Shown here: in pieces, positions 9,201-18,633 of the stretch
How the letters are laid out: every line of letters starts with the position of its first letter
Position numbering within the stretch: the first letter of the stretch is position 1
DNA from: Candidatus Micrarchaeota archaeon
GTDB taxonomy: Archaea; Micrarchaeota; Micrarchaeia; Micrarchaeales; Micrarchaeaceae
Direction: 5' to 3'
Length of the DNA stretch: 64,000 nt
Assembly: GCA_027345565.1 (NCBI GenBank)
Contig: DAHWIF010000005.1
Span: forward strand, 13,700-77,699
Made by a program: the position numbers and the translations under genes
The notes under the pieces: generated by a model
Told to the model about the DNA's origin: nothing
What the model saw: only the letters and a program-made list of their open reading frames with translations
The model's database searches: none

Positions 9201-10451
9201 CAACGTGAGCGGGAAATCCCACACCATTCATGGGTGGGATGAAAGCGAACCGCAGATAAGCATATAAAGATAAATTGGGATAAAAACAGAGGAACAAAAG
9301 GGAATGTGATGAACAGGGCATACAAATTCAGGATATATCCGACAAAATCTCAAGAGAACGAAATGGATACTCACAGGTGGATTTCAAAGAACCTATGGAA
9401 CGAGATGCTTGCATTCTGCAAGGAGACATACGAGAAGACAGGAAAGTTCCCGAACAGGAACCAATTGCAGATAATGACGAAACAGAAGGGCATGTATTCG
9501 CAGTCTTCGCAGGATATATCTCATAGGTTGGTGAAATCATTATGGACGTTCATTCAGCTTCGGAAAAAGGGAAAGAAAGCCGGTTTCCCAAGGTTTAGGA
9601 ACATCGATAGGTCAAAATCAATTTATTACCCTCAATCTGGATTCTGGTTGGGCAAGAAACTGAAGGTAACTCCCTTCGGTGAGATAAAGATAATAAAACA
9701 CAGGGAGGTTGAAGGGCAGATAAAAACTCTGTCATTGAAACGTGAATCTGCTGGACGATGGTATGCTGTATTCACCTCAGAACTTCCTGATATAGAACTC
9801 AAGCCAAATGGAAAGGGAAAGGTAGGAATGGATTTGGGGCTGAAGACATTTGCTACATTGTCAAATGGGATAAAGATAAACAATCCTCGTCATGTAAAGA
9901 AATACGAAAGGAAACTTGCGATATGGCAAAGAAGAATGTCAAAAAGGGAAAAAGGAAGCCATAATAGGTGGAAGCAGAAACAGAAGGTAGCAATGCTGTA
10001 CGAGAAGGTTTCCAACGTAAGAAAGGATTTTCAACATAAACTATCAAATCAATTCGTAAATTCATATTCATTGATTGCATTGGAGAAACTACAGTCAAAG
10101 AATATGGCACAGCAAAGATACGGAAAGTGGATAAATGACGCTGGATGGAATTCATTTGCAAACATGCTGACATACAAGGCTGAAAGTGCTGGGTGTCAGG
10201 TCGTATTCGTGAGTCCAGAGAATACGTCAAAGACGTGCCATGTCTGTGGGAACATGCAGGACATGCCTCTCAACGAAAGGACATATAATTGCGAGAGGTG
10301 CATGTCGGTAACGGACAGGGACATAAATGCATCTATAAATATACTTACAAAAGCTACTCTGGGACACAGAGGAAGTAACGCTTGTGGAGATGGCAAAAAT
10401 GTTGTCTAAGAAGCAAGAAGCCCACACCCTTCAGGGGCGGGAGTATGTCAC
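9201..10451 (+). mobile_element. IS200/IS605-family non-autonomous element (IS1341-like, tnpB only)
   Basis: Starts just after TTTTAA; left subterminal hairpin ATCCCACACCATTCATGGGTGGGAT; right hairpin CCCACACCCTTCAGGGGCGGG ending in TCAC; AT-richer than flanks. Confidence 0.85.
9309..10409 (+). CDS. tnpB: TnpB RNA-guided endonuclease
   Basis: RAYKFRIYPT N-terminus; RuvC-I GMDLG, RuvC-II ALEKL, Zn finger CHVCG/CERC, RuvC-III DRDINAS. Confidence 0.95.
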   Translation: MNRAYKFRIYPTKSQENEMDTHRWISKNLWNEMLAFCKETYEKTGKFPNRNQLQIMTKQKGMYSQSSQDISHRLVKSLWTFIQLRKKGKKAGFPRFRNIDRSKSIYYPQSGFWLGKKLKVTPFGEIKIIKHREVEGQIKTLSLKRESAGRWYAVFTSELPDIELKPNGKGKVGMDLGLKTFATLSNGIKINNPRHVKKYERKLAIWQRRMSKREKGSHNRWKQKQKVAMLYEKVSNVRKDFQHKLSNQFVNSYSLIALEKLQSKNMAQQRYGKWINDAGWNSFANMLTYKAESAGCQVVFVSPENTSKTCHVCGNMQDMPLNERTYNCERCMSVTDRDINASINILTKATLGHRGSNACGDGKNVV

Positions 10452-10480
10452 TGGTTGTCCTCGTTTATAACTGTGGTTAT

Positions 10481-11179
10481 ATGGCTGACCAAGCAGCAGA
10501 GAGCGCGTACACCAAGCTGCTGAAGCAGATAGAGCAGATTGAGGGTGCGGTCAGCGCTGTAGGGAGCGCAGCTATAGACATATCCGGCAGCTTCGCCAAT
10601 GCACCAGGCAGGAAAGCACCGTCATATAGGGATATGCTTGTTAAGATAAATGAGATAGAGAAAAGTAAAGCAAGGGTGCCGAAGGCCGCTCCTGCTGTAC
10701 AGGCAGCTGCTCCGCAAGCAGCGCAGCCAGTTGCCCCACAAGTGCAGGTGCAACAGGTGAAGCAGGAGGAGCTTGCACAGCTGCCAACAGAGCGGAAAGA
10801 GGGGACAAACGTATATGCGGGTAAGGAGCTTGCCGAGCTTGTAAGATCCCTGCCTGTAAAGATACCGAAAGTTGGCAAGCACAAATTGAAGAGAGAGAAG
10901 GATGCGAACCTTGTGCTGCCTAACCTTTCGCTGGTGGACCAGGTCGCTGAGCTGGAGCGCATACTCGATGCTATAAATGCCAAGGCGCTGCACGGTGACG
11001 AGCTAGATATGGTGGCCAGCGAGCTATACGGGCTCGTGGAGCGGGTCAATGCTGAGAAGAAGCAGCTAAAGAAGGGCAGGTCGTCAAATGCTGACGATTA
11101 CCAGCTCCTGGAGCTTCGAGACCAGAGGATAGAGGCTGTGGCAGCCGCGCTAACGGATGCAGAGAAAGCAGGTGAATGA
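10481..11179 (+). CDS. Hypothetical helical protein in pilus operon
   Basis: ATG at 10481 downstream of the IS right end; Q/A/P linker; abuts the TadB-like gene. Confidence 0.7.
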   Translation: MADQAAESAYTKLLKQIEQIEGAVSAVGSAAIDISGSFANAPGRKAPSYRDMLVKINEIEKSKARVPKAAPAVQAAAPQAAQPVAPQVQVQQVKQEELAQLPTERKEGTNVYAGKELAELVRSLPVKIPKVGKHKLKREKDANLVLPNLSLVDQVAELERILDAINAKALHGDELDMVASELYGLVERVNAEKKQLKKGRSSNADDYQLLELRDQRIEAVAAALTDAEKAGE

Positions 11180-12298
11180 TTGGGGCTTTTCAAGAAAAAA
11201 GAAATCAAAGTGATAAACGTTGAGGGCAGGAGGATAGAGCTCCAGCCTAAGCCGAAGAGAGGGCTGTCTGCGCTGTTCGGCGGAGGTGTCACGAAGCGGC
11301 AACCGAAGCCGCAGCAAATCGTTGGACCTGCTGCCCAGCCACAGAGTCCTGCTTCGCAGCCGCAACAGAGACCTGCCCCTCAGCCGGTGCAGCATGCGGA
11401 AAAGCCGGTGCAGCCGCAACAGGCGCAGCAGCAGGCGCAGAAAAAAACGCAGAGCCGCACGCCGGCCGCGTGGCGGCACCACATAGAGAAGCTAGCGATA
11501 AAGAACAGGAAGATAGAGACTATGCTGCAGCAGAGGCGCATGGGTGTGAGCCTCTACGATTTCATACAGCGCATGTTAATAGCCTCGATAATAGTTGCGG
11601 TCGTCATTGCGGCAACGATGCTGCTCGTCCTTGTGAGGGCTGGGGTGGTGCTGCCTGCAGCGCTAGTTCTCGCAGTACTGATAGGCTACGCGGTGAACAG
11701 GTTCGCGTTCAACTCTTTCCTGAGATATCCGCTCAGGAACGAGGAGATAGCGGCTAAGAACATAGAGCGCGACATACTGTTTGCAGCTAGGAACATGATA
11801 ATATCGTTAAGGTCCGGCATGCCGCTCTACAATGCGATAGTCTCTGTAAGCTCCGGATATGGCGACGCCAGCAGGGAATTTGCGAAGGTGACCGAGAGGT
11901 CCAACCTCGGCATGTCGCTTGAGGAGGCTGTAGACCAGACGGTATCGGAGAGTAAGAGCCAGTCATTCAGGAGGATAATGCTTCAGGTATCCGCTAGCAT
12001 AAAGGCCGGGGCGGATATAGTGTCGTCGCTGCAGAGCGTGACTGACCAGCTGTCAGAAGAGCGCATGATATCGCTCAGAAGGTACGGGCAGAGGCTGAAC
12101 GCGATAGCGATGTTCTACATGCTCTTCGGCGTGATACTGCCTAGCATGGGTATAGCGATAGCCACCATACTCACCACCTTCATATCCGTGTTCACTGTCA
12201 ACGACGCGCTGCTCGAAGCCGCGATAGTCGGTATAGTCTTCCTGCAGTTGATATTCCTGCAATTGATAAGGTCATCGAGGCCTGTATTCGCACTGTGA
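11180..12298 (+). CDS. Type II secretion system F family (TadB/C-like) membrane platform protein
   Basis: LRSGMPLYNAI...SREFAKV...GMSLEEAV...IKAGAD motif; TM helices; GGTGA RBS before TTG. Confidence 0.9.
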   Translation: MGLFKKKEIKVINVEGRRIELQPKPKRGLSALFGGGVTKRQPKPQQIVGPAAQPQSPASQPQQRPAPQPVQHAEKPVQPQQAQQQAQKKTQSRTPAAWRHHIEKLAIKNRKIETMLQQRRMGVSLYDFIQRMLIASIIVAVVIAATMLLVLVRAGVVLPAALVLAVLIGYAVNRFAFNSFLRYPLRNEEIAAKNIERDILFAARNMIISLRSGMPLYNAIVSVSSGYGDASREFAKVTERSNLGMSLEEAVDQTVSESKSQSFRRIMLQVSASIKAGADIVSSLQSVTDQLSEERMISLRRYGQRLNAIAMFYMLFGVILPSMGIAIATILTTFISVFTVNDALLEAAIVGIVFLQLIFLQLIRSSRPVFAL

Positions 12299-12302
12299 TG
12301 CC

Positions 12303-13298
12303 ATGGCTATAAATTTTGAGAGGCTTGTCTCGCGCGGCCTGGCCATAAGGGTCTCCAGAGAGATGGACCTTGCGGGAGTGAAAAGCAGCGTAAACCGCAT
12401 ACTAGGCATCGCAATAATCGGCGCGCTGGCAATACTCATAATTATCTCCTTCCTGCTCGCCATCTCGCACACCACCGCCGCGTCTCTCGCCTTCGTCATC
12501 GGCGCAGGCACTGCGGCGTTCTATATAGCCATCATATACGTATTTCTTGAGTATAGGATAGACAAGAGGCGCATGGGCATGGAGAGCATGCTGCCCGACT
12601 ACCTGCAGATCGCATCAGCGAACCTGAGGAGCGGACTCTCCCTGGACAGGGCGATGATGATTGCGGCGAGGCCAGAGTTCACGTTCTTCTCAAACGACAT
12701 AAAGGACATGTCAAGGAGGGTGTTCGGCGGCGAGACGCTTGCGAATGCCCTGAGTGGAGTCGCTGTGAAGTACCGATCAAGGCAGCTCAACCACACTGTC
12801 AAGATGATCACCGAGTCGCTGCGTTACGGCGGTGCAATGGCGGACCTGCTCGACCAGGTAAGCAAGGACATACGCGGCCAGCAGATGATCCAGAAGGAGG
12901 TGTCGAGCCAGCTCTTCATGTACAGCATATTCATAGCGTTTGCTGGCATAATAGCTGCGCCGGTGCTCTACGGGCTGACAGGGCAGATGATAAGCGTCAC
13001 TGATACCGTATGGAAGGGCATACTCGCTGCCAACCCAGGCGGTCTTCCGACGATAGGCGTGTCGTTCCTTAAACCATCACCGCCGCAAATAAGCATAGCT
13101 ACTTACAGGTACTTCTCAATCGCAGCCATAATCGTGATAACGGGTTTCGCAGGGCTGATAATGTCTGCGATATCTACAGGATCGGCTATGCGGGGCATAA
13201 AGTATCTTCCTCTGTTCATACTCGGCGGCCTAGGAATATATCTGATCATAGCGAAGCTCATAGCAGGCCTTTTCGCAGGCATCACTCCCGCAGCATGA
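12303..13298 (+). CDS. Type II secretion system F family (TadC-like) membrane platform protein
   Basis: LPDYLQIASANLRSGLSLDRAM, YGGAMADLL; TM helices. Confidence 0.9.
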   Translation: MAINFERLVSRGLAIRVSREMDLAGVKSSVNRILGIAIIGALAILIIISFLLAISHTTAASLAFVIGAGTAAFYIAIIYVFLEYRIDKRRMGMESMLPDYLQIASANLRSGLSLDRAMMIAARPEFTFFSNDIKDMSRRVFGGETLANALSGVAVKYRSRQLNHTVKMITESLRYGGAMADLLDQVSKDIRGQQMIQKEVSSQLFMYSIFIAFAGIIAAPVLYGLTGQMISVTDTVWKGILAANPGGLPTIGVSFLKPSPPQISIATYRYFSIAAIIVITGFAGLIMSAISTGSAMRGIKYLPLFILGGLGIYLIIAKLIAGLFAGITPAA

Positions 13299-15920
13299 TC
13301 ATGTCGGTACAATCGATGCGCCGCACACTCCGTTTATCATGCTTGCGACCGTGCATGACCCGGAAGAATTGCTTATGTAGCCGTTGTTGTTTCCTATTAC
13401 ATCATGCGTCTGGTTAAGCATTCCCTGGTATGGCACCGAGAGCGGCCAGTATGATACTGGGGTCATGCCGCTCACGCTGTTGTTCAGGTAAAGGCTCTGC
13501 ACCTGGCTAGCATTCATGGCATTCGCGTATATCTGTATGTCTGCGGCATCGCCAATGAGATTCTGGCCCGCGCTGTTGCCGTATCCTATCTGGACCCCTG
13601 TGTTCTGGTTTGATACCGAAAACGGGTCGCTCAGTACGTTAGCTCCGTCAACATATATGGTTTCTGTGCCTCCGGATATGACTGCCGTCATGAAATACCA
13701 TTCGTTCGTGCTAAGCGACGTCGATGATTTGAATTCCGTGGCGTTTATCCAGTCGTAAAAGCAGGGGTTTATGGAGCTGCCGCATGCGCCTACGCCCCAT
13801 GCATCCTCCTTCGCCACCAGCCAGCCCAAAGTGCTCGGCGCGGCTGCATAGTCCACCCAGCCAGATATCGTGAGCGGCGATGGTAGCTGCAACGCCGCAA
13901 CGTTAGGCACCTGCACGTATGCATCGTTTGTGAAAGCCATGGCGCTAGGCACGCTCCCGTTAGTGACACCTAGCGCTCCAGCCTCGCTCTGCGCGGTTCC
14001 GCCCCGTGCTGCAAGCACGCGCGGACCCAAATAAAGGTGGCTTAGCGTGATGTTGCCGCACTGGTTCAGGTTGGCGCAGTTGAGCACGCCTTTCACCACG
14101 CTTGCATTGTAAAGGTTTGGCATGTTGGGGAATACAGGATCGGAAATGTATCCTGCCATTTTGGTATACATCATATTCTGCGCTGTGCCGTTGTTGTTCT
14201 CTCCTGAATAATCGTTCGCGTTGCCGTTGAGCGGCCACCACCCGGCTAGGCTTGCGTTGGAGAGCGGCGTGCCATCCAGGCCATTGATGTAGAGCCGGGA
14301 CACCTGGGCTGGCGAGAGCGCAGTTGTATAGATTTGCACATTTGCTATGTTGCCGGAGAAATAGAGGCCCCACACCTGCTCATACCCTATGATGGTGTTG
14401 CCAAGTCCGGACAACGGGGAGGATGCCGAGCCTGAGCTGTATGTCGGCCCTGGGGATGCCACTCCATCCACATATATCTTGAAGTCGGAAGGCGACACAG
14501 AGGTGCCTGACGGCGCATAGAATGTTCCGACTATCAAGTGCCATTTGCCGTTGTTCACCGCCCTATTTGCGTTCAGCAGCTGTATTACGTTGTTACTGTC
14601 CAGCAGCACCGCCGGGGTGCCTGCTGTTGAGCCGCTGCAATAGCTACCAGGGCTGCCGCATGAAGGGCCTACAGCGAGGGTTATGCTTTGACCGGCCCCG
14701 CTTCCCCTGTCACTGACAACTGCTCCCTGCGACGCGGTTGTCTTCACCCACGCTGCAATCGTGTAGGCGGTGACAGAGTTCTGCACGTACGGGACGGACA
14801 CATAGCTGCTTGCGCCGTTGAATTGTGCATATCTGGTGTTAATGGCGCCAAGGCTGAACGAGCCCTGCCCTGATCCCACAGATCCTTGCTGTTGCGACTG
14901 CTGCAGGTATGAGGGAGCGCCAGATGCCTGATAATAGTAGCCGTTCTGGATGCCTGTCTTCACCCGGGCGAGGTTCAGCAGGGCCAGTGCAGAGCCGTCA
15001 AGCAGCACAGATGTGCCGTTGCCTATCACGTTAGGGGATATGAAATCAGATGGATATACCAGGTAAGGGAAGAGCGGTGTCAGCGACCCCAATGAATTTG
15101 TGACCAAGCCGCCCATGCTGCATATGTTCGAAGAGAGTGAGCCGGCATCAGGGGTGACAAGTATGTAGTTTGCATTCTGGAATCCTGACGGCACGTTGCT
15201 GCATGTCGGCGTGCCACCTATGTATACGGCGGTGCCGTATGCGAACATGAACGGGCTCCTGCTCCCAGACAGCGCGCTCGTATTCCCTATCATGGTCTGT
15301 GGCTGTGCCGCGCCAGTCACGTAAGATGTGACGCCTCTCTCCGCGCCAAGCAGGCTCCGTGTCCCGTTTATGCTTACGTTGGCTGTAGATGAGATGGGGT
15401 AGTTGATTATTCCGGTGCTGAGGTTCAGAGTCACAAGGTCTGTCAGCCTGGCGGTGAGGTTCAGCGGCGCTCCCTGGTAGACGCTGATTGACAGGTTGCT
15501 GATAGTGAAGCTGCCGCCCTGCAGCGACGCCAGTCCCTGCAGCGCAGAGGTGTAGTTGACTAGCATGGCCCCTCCCATGTACGATAGCATATTAGTTCCG
15601 TATATCGTCCCGTTGTCCATCAGGCTTGCCAGAGCATATGCGGTGTTGTTTATGAAATGGTACTTCCTCAATGATGGTGTGGATTCGTACACTGTAAGCG
15701 CGTTAAGCGAATTATTCAGGCTAGCCGCCAGGAAGCTGCCAGAACCGCTGCTTATGAAGCCCAGCAGCACAGAGGAGCTGAACGCAGCAGATGTGGCGGA
15801 AGTGAGATGGTCGTAGCTGATGCTTATATCCACATAACTTGAAAGCTCGCCAAGCATGAGTATGAATAGGACAAGCATTGCCAGCGTAAGCAGTACCCCC
15901 TTCTTGTTCTTCATCTCCAT
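13299..15920 (-). CDS. Pilin-like adhesin with class III signal peptide and two LamG-like domains
   Basis: KNKKG|VLLTL hydrophobic N-terminus; LamG motifs (TIAAWVK, NGKWHLIVGTF, IYVDG, FSGNIANVQIY, WWPLNGNAND). Confidence 0.85.
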   Translation of the reverse strand: MEMKNKKGVLLTLAMLVLFILMLGELSSYVDISISYDHLTSATSAAFSSSVLLGFISSGSGSFLAASLNNSLNALTVYESTPSLRKYHFINNTAYALASLMDNGTIYGTNMLSYMGGAMLVNYTSALQGLASLQGGSFTISNLSISVYQGAPLNLTARLTDLVTLNLSTGIINYPISSTANVSINGTRSLLGAERGVTSYVTGAAQPQTMIGNTSALSGSRSPFMFAYGTAVYIGGTPTCSNVPSGFQNANYILVTPDAGSLSSNICSMGGLVTNSLGSLTPLFPYLVYPSDFISPNVIGNGTSVLLDGSALALLNLARVKTGIQNGYYYQASGAPSYLQQSQQQGSVGSGQGSFSLGAINTRYAQFNGASSYVSVPYVQNSVTAYTIAAWVKTTASQGAVVSDRGSGAGQSITLAVGPSCGSPGSYCSGSTAGTPAVLLDSNNVIQLLNANRAVNNGKWHLIVGTFYAPSGTSVSPSDFKIYVDGVASPGPTYSSGSASSPLSGLGNTIIGYEQVWGLYFSGNIANVQIYTTALSPAQVSRLYINGLDGTPLSNASLAGWWPLNGNANDYSGENNNGTAQNMMYTKMAGYISDPVFPNMPNLYNASVVKGVLNCANLNQCGNITLSHLYLGPRVLAARGGTAQSEAGALGVTNGSVPSAMAFTNDAYVQVPNVAALQLPSPLTISGWVDYAAAPSTLGWLVAKEDAWGVGACGSSINPCFYDWINATEFKSSTSLSTNEWYFMTAVISGGTETIYVDGANVLSDPFSVSNQNTGVQIGYGNSAGQNLIGDAADIQIYANAMNASQVQSLYLNNSVSGMTPVSYWPLSVPYQGMLNQTHDVIGNNNGYISNSSGSCTVASMINGVCGASIVPT

Positions 15921-18085
15921 AATACCACGCTAACGTTGTATAGAGGCGCATTCGCGCTGGCGCTGATGCTCATCGGGAACGCCGCGGCGCTGACCTGATA
16001 AGCTGCGCTGAGTGACGGCGGAGTGAAGTTCACTCTTGCGTATGTAACGCCTGAAGGATATCCGATGTTGCCGTTGCCGCTGTAGTCGTTGGTGTCGCCA
16101 AGCAGGGGCCACCACCCCGCTATGGTGGAGTTCACCGGCAGGCCGGCGATGCCCTCGTCGTAAAGCGCTGTTATGCCCTGCTGTTGGAGCGGCACGGCAT
16201 ATATCTGCAGGTCCGAGATCGTCCCGTTGAACGGCAGGCCGCTCCCGCTGGCGTCGTTGCCTATGCCGAGGTTGTTGTTGTCGAACGATATCATGTTTGT
16301 CGTATTGAAAGAGCCTATAAGCGAAGCATTTACATAGATGCTCGCCTTGTTCGTAACGGAGCTCCATACAGCAGTGATGTAGTACCATCTGTTGGCTGCG
16401 GGTTTGAACGACACCTCGTAGGAGCAGCCCCAGAAGTTGGAGGCCATGAAGAGGAGCCCGTAAGCAGTGCCGCAGCCGTTGGCGTTGCTGCCTATGTACT
16501 CCAACGCGTAGTCGTTAGTCTTGTTAACGATCGCCTGCGTGTCAGGATACGCATTGGAGTTGAAGCGCACCCATGCCGATATCGTTATGCCGGTGTTTGG
16601 CGAGTCGAGCGATGCGGAGCTCGGCACGCTGACATAGCTGTTTATGCCGTTGAACTGCGCCAGGTGAAGCGACGGCGCATACGTGCCGTTTATGTATACG
16701 CCGATGTTGGGGGTGCTGTACGAGCTGTTGAGTAGGCTTGTTGCACACCCCCCATAGCCATTCACGTACATGCTTGCTATCGCCTGCAGCACGCTGCCTC
16801 CAGGCACAGCTCTGCACGTGCCGAATACGTATACGGTATTGCCGGCAGATACGTATGCGTTGCCATTGGCGAGCGCCACATCCTGGAATAGAGCAGAGCT
16901 GGATTGCGGCAGCGTAGTGTCCCATACCGGGGAGCTGTTGTCCGATAGCTTATATGACAGGAAATGGTCGTTCGCCGCCAGCATATAGAAGGCTCCAGCC
17001 GTGGATGACGGCGTGGAATTTGATAGCGTGCTCTCTATGTGGAATTGCTTCGTGGTGCAGCCGCAGCTGACGTTTATCTGCCATACGTTGGTCTGCATCG
17101 GGAAGTAGATGTTGCCGCCCTCAAGCGTTCCGCCGCCGAATGAGCTTACCCCGGGTATGTTTATCGACCAGAGCTGGAGCCCGCTCATGCTGAGCCCGAC
17201 TATCTGGTTTGCGCTGCCGATTACTATGAGATTGCCCGCTATCAACGGAGTGGTTGATGTCGTTATGGACCACGTGTAGCTCCAGATCTGCTGCAATGCG
17301 CCTCCGACTACGGCAAAGCCCAGTACGTAGTTTTGGGATGCCGGAGCGCTGGTGCTGACTATGAACTCGCCTGAGCCGTACGCTGGCACGGTTGCTATGT
17401 TGGGCAGCGATTTGTGGAAGAAGCTGCCGTTAATCGGGCTCATTAGCACTACGTTGGCTTGGGCGCCGAACGCGATATAGCCGCCGCCCAGGGACATCGG
17501 CGTCGACTGCGCAGAAGGCAGCTGTGTAGACTTCCAGCTGAGCGAGCCGTTCCTCTGCACCGCGGAGACATAGCCTGTGGAGTTGCCGTATATTATCATG
17601 TTGTTGTAGATTATCGGGTAGAGTACATTACCGTAGACCGCCTTGCTCAGGATCGGGCTGCCTGTCGTGGCGTTTATCACATACAGGGTGTTGCCTGATG
17701 CAAATGCAGCCATGCCGTAGCCTACAGACACAGGAGAGCTTATCGGACCGCTTGCCGTGTGGGTGAAGAGGAGCTGCGGAAGCTGCGGCCCCACAGAGGA
17801 CGATGCTGCGAGCGGGCCTCCGTTGCCGAACGACTGCCATGTGCTTGCGGAGCCTAGAGTCGCGTTCGCTGCGGCCATCGCATAGAGTGACCCCGCGTCG
17901 GCAGCCACCGTCAGCCCTGTCCCCATGAGGCTCTGTGCGACGCTGAACGCCTGCGAGGTCAGCGGCTGGAATACCGGTGTGCCTGCGAAGTGCACATACG
18001 CGAGTATGCCTATGGCCGCTCCTGCAACTATCAGCGAGAACGCCGCATCGATCGTGAAAACGAATCCCTTGACATTTTGTCCCAT
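15911..18085 (-). CDS. Pilin-like protein with PQQ-like beta-propeller and LamG domain
   Basis: MGQNVKG|FVFTIDA class III signal; repeated 'A...G...W' propeller blades; C-terminal LamG domain. Confidence 0.82.
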   Translation of the reverse strand: MGQNVKGFVFTIDAAFSLIVAGAAIGILAYVHFAGTPVFQPLTSQAFSVAQSLMGTGLTVAADAGSLYAMAAANATLGSASTWQSFGNGGPLAASSSVGPQLPQLLFTHTASGPISSPVSVGYGMAAFASGNTLYVINATTGSPILSKAVYGNVLYPIIYNNMIIYGNSTGYVSAVQRNGSLSWKSTQLPSAQSTPMSLGGGYIAFGAQANVVLMSPINGSFFHKSLPNIATVPAYGSGEFIVSTSAPASQNYVLGFAVVGGALQQIWSYTWSITTSTTPLIAGNLIVIGSANQIVGLSMSGLQLWSINIPGVSSFGGGTLEGGNIYFPMQTNVWQINVSCGCTTKQFHIESTLSNSTPSSTAGAFYMLAANDHFLSYKLSDNSSPVWDTTLPQSSSALFQDVALANGNAYVSAGNTVYVFGTCRAVPGGSVLQAIASMYVNGYGGCATSLLNSSYSTPNIGVYINGTYAPSLHLAQFNGINSYVSVPSSASLDSPNTGITISAWVRFNSNAYPDTQAIVNKTNDYALEYIGSNANGCGTAYGLLFMASNFWGCSYEVSFKPAANRWYYITAVWSSVTNKASIYVNASLIGSFNTTNMISFDNNNLGIGNDASGSGLPFNGTISDLQIYAVPLQQQGITALYDEGIAGLPVNSTIAGWWPLLGDTNDYSGNGNIGYPSGVTYARVNFTPPSLSAAYQVSAAAFPMSISASANAPLYNVSVVLWR

Positions 18086-18627
18086 CAGCTCACCGACGAT
18101 ACGCTGCCGCTCCACACCATCACCGTTATCTGCGCAGCCTCTCCGTTTATGAATGCACTCTTCCTGCTTATGTAAGTCGTTACAGAGTTGCCTGTCAGCG
18201 GGCTCCTGCCCATCGTTATATTGAGCGTGCTGCTGTTTATGATTATATAGTAGTTGAAGCTCGTGCCTAGGTCCTGCCCTGCCATAGAGTAGTTGTAATC
18301 CACCATTGACATCAGCGCGTACATCTTCGCGGCCGAGAGGCTTGGAGACCCCTGTGACTGTGCAAGCCCTATCCCTATATCGCCCCAGGTGCTTACTGAC
18401 GATGTGTTGACCGCAGACTGCCAGTCCGCAGGACTTCCTGTAGACATTAGGTTCTGCGCCACGGCTTCCGACTGAAGCTGCATTATGTAGCTGGTCCCGC
18501 CTGTAGCAAGCGAAAGCTGGTTGCTTATGTCAAGCCATGCGATTGCCAATATCGTTATCGCCGCCAGGAATATTATCATTGCGAAGAGCGCGTCAAAGCT
18601 CCAGAACTGTGCCCTAAAATTGTCCAA
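18085..18627 (-). CDS. Pilin-like protein (class III signal peptide)
   Basis: FRA|QFWSFDALFAMIIF; SPADW motif; TGATG coupling to the next gene. Confidence 0.8.
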   Translation of the reverse strand: MDNFRAQFWSFDALFAMIIFLAAITILAIAWLDISNQLSLATGGTSYIMQLQSEAVAQNLMSTGSPADWQSAVNTSSVSTWGDIGIGLAQSQGSPSLSAAKMYALMSMVDYNYSMAGQDLGTSFNYYIIINSSTLNITMGRSPLTGNSVTTYISRKSAFINGEAAQITVMVWSGSVSSVS

Positions 18628-18633
18628 TCATAA

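Noticed and set aside
9309-10409. TnpB as a Cas12f/CRISPR effector
   Set aside because: Flanked by IS200/IS605 end hairpins, with no CRISPR array or cas genes nearby.
10382-10480. N-terminal extension of the ORF listed as 10382-11179
   Set aside because: It lies within the IS right end; the real start is probably ATG 10481.
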